Part shown: piece by piece, positions 50,493-63,701 of the stretch
Layout of the letters: each line of letters starts with the position of its first letter
Numbering within the stretch: the stretch's first letter is position 1
DNA from: Eledone cirrhosa
Lineage: Eukaryota
Assembly: GCA_964016885.1 (NCBI GenBank)
Contig: OZ024743.1
Coordinates: forward strand, 370,450,001 to 370,514,000
Reading direction: 5' to 3'
DNA length: 64,000 nt
Position numbers and translations under genes: made by a program
The notes under the pieces: model-generated
What the model was told of the DNA's origin: nothing
The model's input: only the letters and a program-made list of their open reading frames with translations
Databases searched by the model: none

Positions 50493-51819
50493 GTAAGTGT
50501 TTATTTTTTCATTATCAATAGCATGGCCATTGTTTCATAAAACTTTTGAAAGATTATTTATGTTATGCTTCCAACTGCAAAATGTATCTCAGTACCCACT
50601 ATGCCACTGATAAATCAATATGTATGTAACTACTGTAAGTTCTATTTAGCAGGAAGTGGTAAGCTCTGTTAGCTGGGTCCCCAAACTATTTTTCAGTTCC
50701 AATTTTAGTTATTTTCCTTTCTTTATGCTATTAGTGATAAATACTATTGTGTAAAAGGTCTTTAATTAACACAGTTTATAATATTGGCATCATTCCTCAT
50801 CACATATTCCACAAACATTTTTTTTTCTATTACATTTTATTGGTTTAGTGAGGAGGAGGAAGGGGCTATGCCCACAGCCTTCTTAAACCTTCCAAGACCA
50901 GTGAATTTGACATGATCGCAGTTCTCTTGACTGTTGCAGAAGAGACAGATATAGAGAGGGGAAATTCCAGAGAGTAAACATTTGAGGAAGGAAGGTTTAA
51001 AAGTCAAACTTGCTATCTTCAGTTCAGTATTCATGATATAAAGAAGAAGAAAAACTACAACTTGATATAATTGTGTGTCAGATAAAGAGCTCCGTTAGCA
51101 CACACTGCAATGGTGCTATCTAGTAGAAAGTGCCTGATCCAAGAAGCAAGAGATGTGTCCAGAAAATGTTTTGAATTCAGCACATCACAATATCCTAGGT
51201 CACTTTCCTGTCAGCTGAAATATGCTGAAAAATAGGTCTTCGGCATATATAGCTTTATGAAAAATAACTATGCTGTATGTCACTAACGCAGTATAAGTAA
51301 TGGAGATTGTTATTGTTAATGATTGTCCCAATCAGTGTTGAGATGTTAAAAGTGTGTGTAATAGTGTGATATATGATATGGACAGGGAGGTGGTCCCTTC
51401 CTTGGGAATGAGATACATTTTCTAGAGAGAAAAAGAGAGAGAGTGAGAAATTAAATTGTTTGCTGATGAGAGGGGATAGCTGTGGGCACATTATAATGAC
51501 CAGTGGCCTTGTTGACTTGACATAACTGGGGAATGGGCTTTTGCCTTTGGTATGCATGTTGATGAGCCTAAAAGATAATGATGGTGATGGTGATGATGAT
51601 GCTGATGTTCATTTATTATGTTCAATTATTATGATGATGGTGATGATGTTGATGGTGATGTTGATGGTGGTGGTGGTGGGGATGATGATGATAACTATGT
51701 TAGTATTGAGGGTGATAATAATATGCTGATAGTATATATAGTGTTGTTGTTGGCAGTGGTGGAGATGCTAATGATGATAATGATTAACACTACCTACATG
51801 TTCTTTTCTTCCTTTCTAG

Positions 51820-51924
51820 CTACCAGCCTTGCCTGTGATTTCCAAACAATATATGCCTGTGGTTATAAAATTATGTTTGGATGGCAACATATAATACATC
51901 AAAGGTCATCAATTGATGTTCCTG
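51820..51924 (+). CDS. Exon H, MAM domain N-terminus
   Basis: Acceptor tttctAG, donor GTaatg, phase 1/1. PTSLACDFQTIYACGYKIMFGWQH... Confidence 0.85.
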
Positions 51925-52606
51925 GTAATGATTTATATTAACTTTAATTTCTTCATTCACCTCCTTTCTCTCTCTCTCACTCACCCTCTTTCTATTTCTT
52001 TCTCTGCCCCCTCTTTCTGTTTCTCTCTCCCCCACTCTCTCTTTCTCTTGCTTGAATACTCATTCATTTAATACAATGAATATGTAGTTTTACTGAAACC
52101 CTCTTTGGTTCAAACTGGCATAAGATCCATTCATTCATCATCTAGATTATCATACATATATTTTTTCTTTGGTTGTTCTTTTTTACTTGATGTTCTCAAG
52201 AGTACTGACAATTAAGAGAATGGTTTTCTATATTCTGTCACTAACACAGACAGTTAATTCTAAATGACTAAGTCTAACAAGCCATAAATAGTTGTTGCAG
52301 CAATGTATAATTCGACTGTAGCCCTACTGGAAAATGTATAACTGGTTTATTGGGCTGCTTCTTGTGAAGGGAAATCTTACCTGCAGTAGAAGGCACCCTA
52401 TCCAAGTGAAAATTTCTGTTTTATTTCCAAAGAAATCTGAGATAAGCATCATCCCAGTGGATGTAGGAGAACTAGGGAAGAGGGAAAAACACGTTTCCTA
52501 TATGTTCAAATTTTTTATTGAAACTGGATTTTGTTATGTTATAAAAAAATATTTCAACAATAAAGTAGCATAGTTAATACAAAGCATTGTGAGATATGTA
52601 ATAAAT

Positions 52607-53990
52607 TACTAATAAGTTTCAGAAAGCCGGTACAATGGGGTAGAAATATATAAAGGGTAAAGGATGTCAAATGAAACAAAACAAAGTAATGCTTTACCAA
52701 GTAAATTTTAACATGATATTTCAAAGCAAATACCCTCTTTTCTAATACTAATAAGTTTCAGAAAGCCGGTACAATGGGGTAGAAATATATAAAGGGTAAA
52801 GGATGTCAAATGAAACAAAACAAAGTAATGCTTTACCAAGTAAATTTTAACATGATATTTCAAAGCAAATACCCTCTTTTCTAATACTAATAAGTTTCAG
52901 AAAGCCGGTACAATGGGGTAGAAATATATTAAGGGTAAAGGATGTCAAATGAAACAAAACAAAGTAATGCTTTACCAAGTAAATTTTAACATGATATTTC
53001 AAAGCAAATACCCTCTTTTCTAATACTAATAAGTTTCAGAAAGCCGGTACAATGGGGTAGAAATATATAAAGGGTAAAGGATGTCAAATGAAACAAAACA
53101 AAATAATGCTTTACCAAGTAAATTTTAACATGATATTTCAAAGCAAATACCCTCTTTTCTAATACTAATAAGTTTCAGAAAGCCGGTACAATGGGGTAGA
53201 AATATATTAAGGGTAAAGGATGTCAAATGAAACAAAACAAAGTAATGCTTTACCAAGTAAATTTTAACATGATATTTCAAAGCAAATACCCTCTTTTCTA
53301 ATACTAATAAGTTTCAGAAAGCCGGTACAATGGGGTAGAAATATATTAAGGGTAAAGGATGTCAAATGAAACAAAACAAAGTAATGCTTTACCAAGTAAA
53401 TTTTAACATGATATTTCAAAGCAAATACCCTCTTTTCTAATACTAATAAGTTTCAGAAAGCCGGTACAATGGGGTAGAAATATATTAAGGGTAAAGGATG
53501 TCAAATGAAACAAAACAAAGTAATGCTTTACCAAGTAAATTTTAACATGATATTTCAAAGCAAATACCCTCTTTTCTAATACTAATAAGTTTCAGAAAGC
53601 CGGTACAATGGGGTAGAAATATATTAAGGGTAAAGGATGTCAAATGAAACAAAACAAAGTAATGCTTTACCAAGTAAATTTTAACATGATATTTCAAAGC
53701 AAATACCCTCTTTTCTAATACTAATAAGTTTCAGAAAGCCGGTACAATGGGGTAGAAATATATTAAGGGTAAAGGATGTCAAATGAAACAAAACAAAGTA
53801 ATGCTTTACCAAGTAAATTTTAACATGATATTTCAAAGCAAATACCCTCTTTTCTAATACTAATAAGTTTCGGAAAGCCGGTACAATGGGGTAGAAATAT
53901 ATTAAGGGTAAAGGATGTCAAATGAAACAAAACAAAGTAATGCTTTACCAAGTAAATTTTAACATGATATTTCAAAGCAAATACCCTCTT
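52607..53990. repeat. 139-bp tandem repeat, 10 nearly identical copies
   Basis: Units start at 52607, 52746, ... 53858. Confidence 0.96.
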
Positions 53991-54153
53991 GTATGTGAAA
54001 CGATTGTTCATTTTTGTTTTGAACCATTTTTGTTTCACATTTGAAAAGAGAGTTGTAGCCTTGAAATATCATGTTGAAATATACTTGGTTAAACATTACT
54101 ATGTTTTGTTTTATTTGTCATCTTTTGATATTTATATATTTCTACCACATTGT

Positions 54154-54934
54154 CTCTCTATTTTTGCAGTACTCTTCCAGGTCTCGCTCGCATAAAGCAC
54201 TGTCGGCAACACGATGCTCTTGTACAGGTGGAGCTTGGTCTTGGTGCTAATGCATGAAGACGACCAGACTGGGCACAGCCGCTAGAAAACTGCAGCTCCT
54301 TTGCCGATCCGACAGTAGATGTCGAGCTCCGCGTCGCCGCTGCTTGTCAGGATGCTGCCCAGATAGGTGAAGTGATCGACTTCCTCGAGGTCCTGTTGGT
54401 TGACTCTGATCACTGGACCTGTGTTGTTGGCCGTTCTCATGACCTTGGTCTTTTTGGTGTTGATTCTCAGGCCGATCTTTTCCGTACTCTCTTGTAGGGA
54501 TGTTGTTAGGGCCTGCAGATCTGCACTGTTTTCAAAAAGAGAGAGACAGCTGAATGCTTTTTCCCAGCGGTGCCTGCGAAAGATCCTTCATGTGTCCTGG
54601 TGCGACCGAGTGCGAAACAAGGAGATCCTGCGGAGAGCCGAGTCATGGACGCTACAGAGAGTGGTGACGGAGTATTGGTGCCGTCTGGCTGGCTATATTC
54701 TGCATCTGCCAAATGAACGGCATTTGAAAACAGCGATGAACTGGACTCCGCCTGGCAGTAAATGGAGGCGGGGTTGCCCAAGGATCACCTGGTGACGAAC
54801 ATTTTGGAAGGACCTGATGGCAGTCAACATCACTTGGCACAGTCTCGAAAAAGTTGCCGCTGATCATGACCATTGGCGAATACTTACTGCTCGATGCGCC
54901 AAACGGCGCAGAAGAATCTAAGACTAAGACTAAG
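54154..54934 (+). mobile_element. 5'-truncated, 5'-inverted RTE-clade LINE insertion with a 10-bp TSD
   Basis: TSD ACCACATTGT (54144-54153, 54935-54944). ~54154-54528 is antisense coding sequence (GLRINTKKTKVM...FTYLGS...LYASETW), followed by sense QLNAFSQRCLRKIL... and a (CTAAGA)n tail. Confidence 0.88.
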
Positions 54935-54999
54935 ACCACATTGTACTTTCTGAAATTTATTAGTCATGTCAACAATTAACAATTTGTATCGGAAGAATC

Positions 55000-56520
55000 A
55001 TCACCGTTTAACGTCAATTTTTCCTTGCTAGCATGTGTTAGACAAGTTGTTCTGTTGTGACCATGTCTTGCTCATACAGAACTGATTTTGGCTTGATTTC
55101 TACAGGTGGATGCCCTTCCTAATGCCAATCTCATTTACAGTGATTTTTGTTGTGGCACCTACATGACCACTTTACAATGTGTACTCGGTGATTTTTGTCA
55201 TAACACCTACACAACCATATTACAGTGTGGGCTAGGTTCTTTTTGTTGTGACACCCACATGGCCACTTTATTGTGTGGGCTAGGTGTTTGTGCCATGTTG
55301 CCATCATGACCACTTTACAGTGTGGGCTGGAGGCTTCACTACATGTATGCTTCAGCCTGTCCTCATGGAGATGTATGGTAGGATGGGGTGGGGGTGCATA
55401 ACATATATATGCTTCAGCTTCAGCCTATACCTGTGGTAAGGCAGGTTTTCTGTATTACTGCAAAATTCCAGAGGTCAGTCCTGTATCATCGCCTTTGAGA
55501 GGTGCAATTGGGCAAGATCAGCTTTTATCACCTCATCGCAAGTTTTCCTGGGTCTCCATCGACATTGAGTGCTCTGCACCTTTTTATACAACTGTTATCC
55601 TTCATATGCATCCCATCTCCATACCAACACAATCTCCTTTCTTGCACACTGTATCTAATTACTCTTATGCCTAGTTTCTCTCTAAGCTCGTTTATGCTTT
55701 GCCATTCATGTATATTACTATTACACTTCCATCAGAGCATGCAAGCTTCATTTCTTCCCAATCTATACAAGTCTTCTGCACACAGTTCCCAGGTCTCACT
55801 ACTATGCATCATTGCTGTTTGTATGCATGCACCATACAGTCTGCCTTTCATTTTGAGGGAAAAGCCTTTTGAAAATGTTCCATCCCGTTCCCACTCTGGC
55901 AACTGTACTTTCAGAACACCCACCTTAGTTGCTAATTTGGTCACACATGTAGCAAGAGCTATCTACTGCTTCTACCAAACCTTCCCAAAATTTGACAGTA
56001 CTTGTTTCCTGCTTAACTGCCCCAGTGAAATGGCTACATGTAAAACCTACACCGCTAGCTAAATTTCCTGAGACCACACTACATCTCTTGTGTACTCATA
56101 GTTTGCATTTGGGACAGAGGATGGAATTTCTACGTACACTTTTCCTACACACTGAGCAAGGGGATCTGTGTTCTGAGGGAAATAAACAGAGCCCTGGTAG
56201 ACTCCAGCCTGTACGCTAAATTCCTTGCTATAGTTGTTAATCCTAATTTTGCTGACTGCTCCTCTATACATGACTTGTACAGACTTCACAAACCGCTCAT
56301 CTACTCCTAGTTTTCTAAGAGCCCATGAAATTATGGCATGGGGCACTCTGTTAAAAGCTTTTTCCAGATCAAAATATGCCAGGTAGAGCAGCTTACTTTT
56401 AGTTAGGTACTAACTAGGTACTTTTTCTGTAGTTGTTTCACCAGGAAGAGAGCATCTGTGGTGTTTTTGCCTGGTATAAATCCTATATTCATATCATCCA
56501 GATTTACTCAGTCCCTAAAA
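55000..56520 (-). mobile_element. Decayed RTE-clade LINE fragment with 3' UTR
   Basis: WALRKLGVDE..GVYQGS; GFSLKMKGRLY.ACI...RNEACML. Confidence 0.82.
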
Positions 56521-56984
56521 AGCTGAAAAACTTGTAGCACTGTTTTTTGCCTACAAGGAGTCTAGCTGACTTTCTTCTCCATCTAGTGTCTTGCGCACAA
56601 CATGCATCAATTTTTTTCCCACTCTAGCATCTCTACAATCTCTCCTGTTTTTCCTTTCACCAGAATTTTGGGCATTTGCCATCAACGTTGGAGGAGGGTG
56701 GATATTTTTAGGTGTGGGGGTGTGAGTATGCTTTCTGTATCTGAAATAAAAAAGATTCGCATGGTCGCCTAGGAACATGTGGGTTCATATTATATTCATG
56801 GTTTTTCCATCATTTCAGCTGATCCATAATTAACAATAAACAAGAAGAAAGATAAGAGCAGTAGTAGCAGCAGTTATTGCCATGGGTAATGGGTGAAGAT
56901 ATATTTGTGTTGATGTAGTTTGATTGGTCAATGACTCTAGCAGGTGGGTGGGAGGGAGGGAAATGGTGAAATAGGTGATTGAAT

Positions 56985-57398
56985 TGTGTAACTAACATAT
57001 GATGGATATATATATGAATTTGCGTGGAAGAAAAAGGTTTGGAAATTGAAAGCTATGGATGGCAACAAAAAAATGATTTAGAGAACAGTGTTATCTACAT
57101 CCATAATGAATAATCTAACAAAAACAAAGTGAGCAATTCAACACAATATGGAGGAAAACAGAAGGAAAATGAGAGGGAGGAAGAGAGAGAAAGAGAACAG
57201 CATAGTAGATAAACAGAAGGAGGGAGAGAGAGAGCAACATGGTGAATGAATTGAGTGACTATCATGTGATGGATATGCATGAATTTGTGTGGAATAAAAA
57301 GGTTTGAAAATCTAAAGCTATGGATGGTAACGAGAAATGATTTAGAAACCAATGTTATGTATGTCCATAATGAATAATCCAACAAAAACAAAGTGAGA
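56985..57398. repeat. Diverged direct duplication (~56985-57131 and ~57250-57396)
   Basis: Shared GATGGATAT..ATGAATTTG.GTGGAA.AAAAAGGTTTG...CCATAATGAATAATC.AACAAAAACAAAGTGAG. Confidence 0.75.
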
Positions 57399-57470
57399 TT
57401 TTAAACCTTCTAAACATCACTTTGTGATTCAGTAATTCTAATGTTTATGACAGTATCTTTTGATTTTCAG

Positions 57471-57794
57471 GCAGTATGCAGCTTTATTATAAAAAGGGGA
57501 CATTTGTGTCACCCAATGTAAATCTGGAAAATTCATGTGTGTACTTCAACATTAGAATACACTCTGAGCTAACTGGATATTTCTCAATTATTTTGCATCA
57601 ATGGAATGCTACTGGTGGAATGTCACATTCTTTAGTGTGGGATGAAGAATTCTTTTTTCAAAGGAATGAATCACATGATGGACAATTTCAGTTTCCTGCA
57701 GGAAAAGGTTTTCTTGAATTCAAAGCAAATGTCAATTCTGGACAGCTAGCAGTTGGAGAGGTCAAAGTTGTTAATGGAACCTGTCCTAAATTAA
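57471..57794 (+). CDS. Exon I, MAM domain C-terminal part
   Basis: Acceptor ttttcAG, donor GTtagt, phase 1/1. GSMQL...FVSP...SCVYF...LEFKA...LAVGEVKVVNGTCPKL. Confidence 0.85.
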
Positions 57795-58372
57795 GTTAGT
57801 AAATCATTTTTATCTTATTTTATCTTAGTTTTCATTGTATGATTTTTACTTACATCAAGGCAAAAGAAGAAACAAAAAAATACCATCAATTTGAACAGGC
57901 AGTTCAAAAGTGCAAACAAAATGAGGTCATTATCATTGATGCAGACATGAATGGTCATGTGGGAAAAGAATTCCATGGATCTATAGAAATGGTTTGGGAA
58001 ATGGTTTTGGAGAAAGAAATGAAGATGGGCAATGTTTATTTGAGAGTTGTGAAAGTTCAGATCTTGCATCAATTAATGCTTTTTTCACTAAGAAGGATGT
58101 CCAGAAAGGATGTCCAGAAGGATGTACAGGGGTATGGGAATGGTGAACAAGATAGCAGTGGGAACTGGTAAGGAGAAGGAGAGTGTTAGAAGGGGAGTGT
58201 GGAATGACAAAGAAAGAGAGCAAGGGAAAAAGGGAGATCTGTGAGTATAGAACTGTACTATAAATATTATAAACACACATTCTAAAGATGAGGTTAATCA
58301 CTTTTAACAACAATGCAGCTCAGGTATTTAAACAACTAATAATCAACATTTAATATTTATATTAATTTACAG

Positions 58373-58483
58373 ATTGTTCAAAGAATAGTTTTCCGTGTCC
58401 AGACAATACAAAGTGTATCAACAAAGAAGATATTTGTAACAACTATTGGAATTGCCATAATGGCAGTGATGAAAAAGACTGCT
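58373..58483 (+). CDS. Exon J, LDL-receptor class A repeat
   Basis: Acceptor tttacAG, donor GTaagt, phase 1/1. NCSKNSFPCPDNTKCINKEDICNNYWNCHNGSDEKDC. Confidence 0.9.
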
Positions 58484-58899
58484 GTAAGTTCAATGTAACA
58501 TTTAATACTACAAATTATAGCTAACAATTATTTTAAAACTGACACTTAATACTGTTAATGATTTTGTATGTATATTTCTATATGTAAGTATGCATATCTT
58601 TCTATTATCATCATCGTTTTTACATCCCTTTTTCCTAATTTACATGGGTTGGATGGGTCCTTTTCTGCACAGTGTCTCTCTGCTTGTCGCATTCCTTTGT
58701 AGCATTAACATGACTAGTGTTAACCCTATATATGCAATTAGAGTGAATTTTATTTGTTGTGCTTTCTATAATTTAGCGGGGCTTTTTCTGAATGGATGCC
58801 CTTCCTACAACTAACCACTTTACAGCATGGACTGGGTGCATTATTCATGCCAGCAGCACTAGAAAGGTTGTCTTACTGGACTCAAGAATCCTCTCTACC

Positions 58900-59880
58900 T
58901 TATATCAGTTTTTGTATAAGGAGTATCAAGGACTTGCCACCATCATAACTTGAACTGGTTCTGAAGAAAATCTTTGAGATCCGTTACCCATCATCTGGTC
59001 CTGGTCTCCCACTGTTCAAAAAGTTCCAGGTTCATTGGAACCCGACAGATAAGTCTCATTATCAATCTATCCTGGACAATGATGAGCCCAGCAAATGAGG
59101 GAGATCGTTGAATATCTACTGACTGTACTGTTTTCTGGAGATCATCCCTGAGAAAAATATTCTGAGTTCATAAATATTTCCCTTCTCAATCTTGGTAGCT
59201 GGCCATCTCCACGGTGCTCCTTCTCAGTCCTAAAGGTTTACCGCCAGGCTCATTGGATGGCTATGGCCATATATGGGAATAAAATAGTTCTGTTCAAAGA
59301 ATAACTTAAGCTTACACTATGTGAGTTGAGTGATCTACAAAAAGTCGTTTACTTTGTGACTTTGGTGTATGTAAAATTCTGGAACAAAGCACTGGTTCTC
59401 AAATGGGCTTCAAAGAATGATCTCAATTTGATGAGGCTGCTACCAATGTATTCTGACCAACAGATCAGAACTGTGGCAGGGACAGTCATTTAGCCTCATC
59501 TTTGGTACTTGTCAGAAGAGTTAGTAACATTTTCCCAGAATCTAACAAAAGAAGGGATAAAAGAAGGGGAGGAAGAAGGTCAAAGGGAAAGGAAAGGAAT
59601 GGCAACAAAGAACTGAGTAGCTTCGTTACAAAGAAAACAAATACCTTTTTCCATCTGCTCTTCATTTTTTAAAACAATTTGGATTTTTGCACAGCGATAT
59701 CAAAGCATCTGTTGATGTTCCAAAAGTTGTGAATGACACTGTTGAGCAATATATGTATCTCAAAGAGAGGTTTAATGATTCTGTGAAGGATGAAAATCAG
59801 AAACAGTTCCTCCTAAAGATTGTTGCGAAGCAAAAGAAAAACGTGCCCCAGAAGACAAGGAAGCCATTTCCGGTTATAAC
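58900..59880 (+). mobile_element. Decayed DNA transposase remnant, hAT/hATm-like
   Basis: Remnants WMAMAIY..KIVLF, VYVKFW, KNDL, HLWYLSEELV and KVVNDTVE...DENQKQFLLKIV. Confidence 0.6.
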
Positions 59881-59929
59881 TTTAATGACTGAAAAAAGAG
59901 GCCTCAGGCATAAGGGTCCAAGGCGCCGT

Positions 59930-60945
59930 GGATGAGCCTATTGGTGAGCACCACAATTGCACTCAGAAGGCAGCGCCCGGCCTCAGCAGAGGGGGGCGGG
60001 GTATCAACTCCTTGAGGTGGCCTGGTCGGGGACCATCAACACCTCCGCAGCTGCTAGCTGGGAAGGACCTGATGGCGGACATGATGTCTGCATCAGAAGC
60101 CACAAGGAGCAAGTGGGGGTTGGGTGGGGGTATGGGTTTGAGATCAGTGGGTGGTTCAGGGTGTTTGAGCCGCAGAGCAGCCAGGATCTCCTCGGTGGGT
60201 TGGAGGACAGTGTCCTCTGAGGCAACAACTGTGACTGCGGCCGAGACATCACCCATGATAAGCTTGGCGTTTACCTGGTCACGCAAACGCTTGGCGCTGG
60301 CCTCGGGGGTAGAGGATAGGGGGTACCTGAGGGTGGGGTGTGTGGCGTCCCTGGGCATGCTTGGAATGGGTGCTCGCCCAAAGGACAAGACATTGGCCTT
60401 GACGAAGGCTGCTGTTGACCAGCCGCCCCGGTCATCGCCAGAGCTGGGGAGGCCGAAGGCGAGTGGGGCAAAATAGAACAGCCGTTCCCACTAACTGGCT
60501 CAACTGGAGTCCAGGGCACTTTCAATCGAAGAAGCGGCATGCGGGCTGCTCTCGGGATCCTGAGTGAGATCTTCCGTAGCCACCTGAGCCAAGCAATGTT
60601 GACCAGCGAGGCTTGGGTGTCAGGCAAGCTCGCTGTCCCATCTGGTGGTGTGTGAGATGGCCGTGGCTGGGAGGATGTGGAGAAGAAGCAGCTCCTGCAC
60701 CTCCACGCTGTGAGGGCATTGGAAGCTCGATGAGTCAAGCCAACGCAGGTGAGGTGGTGGAAGCAGTCACACCCCAAACAGTTCCAGCCCCTCTTCCATC
60801 TGTTAGTGTTGCTGCAAGTGCTGCAGGTGTCAGCTTGGATGGATGGGGATGGGGCGTAGGGCCGGGGACTGGGGCACCGAGCGGCATCAGGGGTGGGTGG
60901 CTGGCGTGTGTGGGTGGAAGGGAAAGTGCTGGTAAGAGGGCCTCA
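59930..60945 (-). mobile_element. GC-rich fragment of a CRE-like (RLE-type) non-LTR retrotransposon: PHD-like finger plus pre-RT region
   Basis: CDCFHHLTCVGL...WRCRSC; RIPRAAR; AKL..GDVSAAV...LRLKHP...AIRSFPASSCGGVDGPRPGHLKELI. Confidence 0.65.
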
Positions 60946-63701
60946 TAGCTTACCTATATATATAGAGGTGTCAGAAAACAAGAGAGAAAAGAAGGGGCTG
61001 CATGGAGGGGAACACACAGGAAGGTAGAATGTTAGTAGCACACACACATGCGAGCAACTTAGCAATTTGTCATAGGACCTTGTGGCTGGAGGTGAGTCAC
61101 TGGTGCTGGGGTTGGCTTCCTTTTGTTAATGGTAGAGTTGTTGTTGTTAATGTCACTGTTGTCGTCGTTGCCTTCCTCTTGTTAATGGTGAAGATATAGA
61201 GCGAAATACAAAATCCACCAGCAGACAATTATATAAAAAAAAGTATATAGAAATAAAAGTTAACATTTCTGTCTGGGATATAAATATTTGCTTTACATTT
61301 TCGCAAACATCGTAACGATATTCTCAATGGACGCACTTACAATATTTGAATATAACTGAACCGTCGTGTCATTTACTTTGAAAAGTGGAGTAAAGTAAAA
61401 GGAGAATAGTGAATTTGGAGTGTCAGGCTTTCCAGCAATGAAAAAAAAAAAAAAAATCATAAATTATGTTTCTTTCTTTAATCCCAATATTATTGTGTAT
61501 TTAGAACTTTCACTTATTTTCATTTCATTTCATTCTGTCGTGTGGTTTCCTCATTGGATTCAGTGAAGTGAACAGAAATGACAATATACTGCAAACCCTA
61601 TCCCCAGATATCACCATAAATAAAAAGATATGAAAATGTGCAACCTTTAAATATTATTCTATTGACATATAATTTGGCATACTTTGTTATTTTATCAACT
61701 CAAATACAAGCGTAAACAACATGCGATGATTGGCAAATAGTTTGCAAAATGGAACAACCTAATGTATATGTTTATAAAAAATATTCTGTGTGACTGTTTA
61801 TACGTGTGTATTTGCTTCTGTGAATATGTGTGCATATGTGTGAATATATCATTATATGTATTTATAGGAATGTTTTTTTATGATAACTAAAGTGTACAAA
61901 TGAGAATTGGTTCTCTGACCCAACTAGAAGGGCAGTAGCTTCAAATAAGAACTATGACTGCCTTACATGTTCAACTCATGCTAACATGAGCTATGGATAT
62001 AAAATGATAATTTTACGATTAAGTGTGATTATTTAAATTGAAATGACTTTCTTTTATATTTCAGCTAATTTATGTGGATTTTTCCATTTGTTTACAAATA
62101 ATAAAACTAAAATTAGCTAAAAGATAAAATGAACCATTTTTATTAAACTATAATAATTAAAAACATATAAGCACAAGGGCACACAGTTTGAGTGATGGTC
62201 ACATTCAATTATATGAACTTCAGGACTTAAATGATAATTATTTTATTTAATACTGAAGGATGAAAGGTAAAGCCAGCCTCAGAAGAATTTGAACACAAAA
62301 TGTAAAGTCAATACTTTAAAACATTTTCACCAGCATTCTTGATTCTCTCCATTTACCAAAATATGAGTAAAATCTCCAAGAACCAATTCTGGCCAATGAG
62401 TCATAATGTTTCTTTAGTTCTATGAAAGTTGCCATTAAACTACCAATATGATAAATTCTTATTACTAATGTGAAAGCTATTAGTCAAATTTTCACATACT
62501 TTCTGATAACTAAAATCGTGAATAGCTATTATTTGGTATATTTTTTTTAAGTATTCCTTCAAATAGACACTTGTGTATTGTCATCTAGTTTTGATAAAGA
62601 AATTTGTCTACTTTTGAAATCATTAGAATGATACTGTTAAGAACTCATTGATGGTGTTCAGATAATGACATAGGTCACAAATAAAGAAGGATTAAAGTAG
62701 ACAGGAGCAAATAAATGGTGGCAGAATATTAATATTGACTTGTTCCTTATTTCATCATAGGTTTGATTGATCAGGTCATTCTGATCAAGCAAATCTATGA
62801 TCAAAGATATTCTAGTTGTAACCATTTTATTTTTTTTTTTTAATGTGTCTTTTTTAATACAGTAAAATGAGATATGATGGAGATTTTGCTGTTATTTCTA
62901 GAAAGTCTGGCAACCACATAAAGTCGCTTCTCTCTCTCTCTCTTTCATTGGCTGATGAATATAGAAGAAGCATATACATTAACATCTCTACATTACACAA
63001 TCTGTTTATTTCCTTCAGATGATTCTTCTTAAAAATTATAGATATATTGATATCCCTTGATGTAGAAATTAAAGATACCTTTATATCAACATAAGATAAT
63101 GGGGTGGGGATTTTTGTCTGATGGCCAACACTTCTGATAATCTGGTTAGTGCCTAAGTTGGTCTTTATTCTGTGATAAAATTTGAAATCTCTATGCAGTT
63201 ACTATAAAGTTTTCTCTCTATGAATAAATATCTGTTTGTTTTGATATGAGAAAACATATTCATCGAAACTAACTCTATATTGCTTTTCTTTTATATAAAT
63301 TACATTCAAATTCCAAAATAGCATTTTAATAATAGATAAATCATCCTACTAATGAATTTGTCATCTATATGACTAGTTGACAGCTTGATACTGAGATCAG
63401 TAACTTTGATTCTTTTTCCACTGAAATATTATTATATATTCATTTAATCAATTTAAAAGTCCGTATAGAGCTAGTCAGCCATGACTGGCTAGAAGAAATA
63501 TCTATAAATTCTTAAAGTTAAGAAACAAAAAAGAAGATAGGCAGATATAATTGAATACAAAAATAAAAATAAGAATAAAAATTAAAATTAAATTAAATTA
63601 AATCAAATTAAAAAATATTAAGAATATTATCATTGTTGTTTCTAATAATGTCTTGCCATTATTTGATCTTTTACTGATCTTAACATATTTTATTATTTCA
63701 G

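Noticed and set aside
52607-53990. 139-bp array as CRISPR or coding repeat
   Set aside because: No spacers, period not a multiple of 3, and stops in the frames.
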